Source: Alphaproteobacteria bacterium (GTDB taxonomy: Bacteria > Pseudomonadota > Alphaproteobacteria > RF32 > CAG-239). From it: a DNA stretch of 64,000 nucleotides. The notes beneath the pieces were generated by a model. It was not told the origin of the DNA, made no database searches, and saw only the letters and a list, made by a program, of their open reading frames with translations. A program made the position numbers and the translations under genes. Shown piece after piece: positions 63,782 through 64,000 of this stretch; the stretch's first letter is position 1; every line of letters starts with the position of its first letter. The stretch is taken from positions 17,393 through 81,392 of the forward strand of contig JBGULQ010000003.1 of assembly GCA_045116295.1 (NCBI GenBank), read 5' to 3'.

Positions 63782-64000
63782 ATGATTTTATTTTTGTTAG
63801 CAAGTGCAATGCTCATCGGCGGATATTTTATTTATGGCGTCGTAGTAGAAAAAATTTTGGATATAAACCCCGCAAACAAAACTCCTGCCGTTACAATGAC
63901 CGACGGAATTGATTTTGTTCCACTAAAGCCGACTAAAATCTTTTTGATACAATTTTTGAACATTGCCGGACTTGGTCCTGTTTTCGGGGCTATTTTGGGG
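63782..64000 (+). CDS. cstA: Carbon starvation protein A family transporter, 5' part (runs off the right edge)
   Basis: MILFLLASAMLIGGYFIYG...TPAVTMTDGIDFVP...QFLNIAGLGPVFGAILG. Confidence 0.85.
   Translation, partial: MILFLLASAMLIGGYFIYGVVVEKILDINPANKTPAVTMTDGIDFVPLKPTKIFLIQFLNIAGLGPVFGAILG

Overview
A 64-kb chromosomal segment of an AT-rich alphaproteobacterium (ctrA, chpT, ptsP and alpha-type rpoBC). An uncultured gut Rhodospirillales/RF32-like lineage is my inference, not a database result. Most of the window is housekeeping: partial yicC, Mpl-like ligase plus ldcA, secE-nusG-(mscL)-rplKA-rplJL-rpoBC, ptsP-rodZ-hisS-prfA, an asd-like gene, an MscS-family channel, murD, murA, an M16 peptidase, rnhA, a dsbD-like gene, yqgE, ctrA, sodB, chpT, trmFO, elbB, comEC, prfC and partial cstA, plus tRNA-Thr(CGT), tRNA-Thr(GGT) and tRNA-Glu(CTC). 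An orphan-rich accessory region (about 32.7-44.0 kb) lies between and just beyond the two inward-facing tRNA-Thr genes. No integrase, transposase or CRISPR array is visible. Main unexplained signals: (1) two otherwise dissimilar orphan proteins, one with a permuted papain-like His/Cys dyad, share a gapless 44-aa lysine-rich C-terminal module and a second internal module, suggesting a modular exported-effector family; (2) a GC-rich, tetraloop-rich element of about 250-370 nt between rplL and rpoB has its own near-consensus sigma70 promoter and is a candidate new ncRNA; (3) all three tRNA loci carry duplicated or split tRNA fragments or terminators flanking 100-155-nt structured inserts; (4) several intact enzyme homologues lack catalytic residues (Asd, DsbD membrane domain, HpnD-like synthase, single-domain DEAD-like protein); (5) a Schlafen/AlbA_2 protein sits inside the murA-rnhA run. 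All family calls come from motif recognition by eye; no searches were run.
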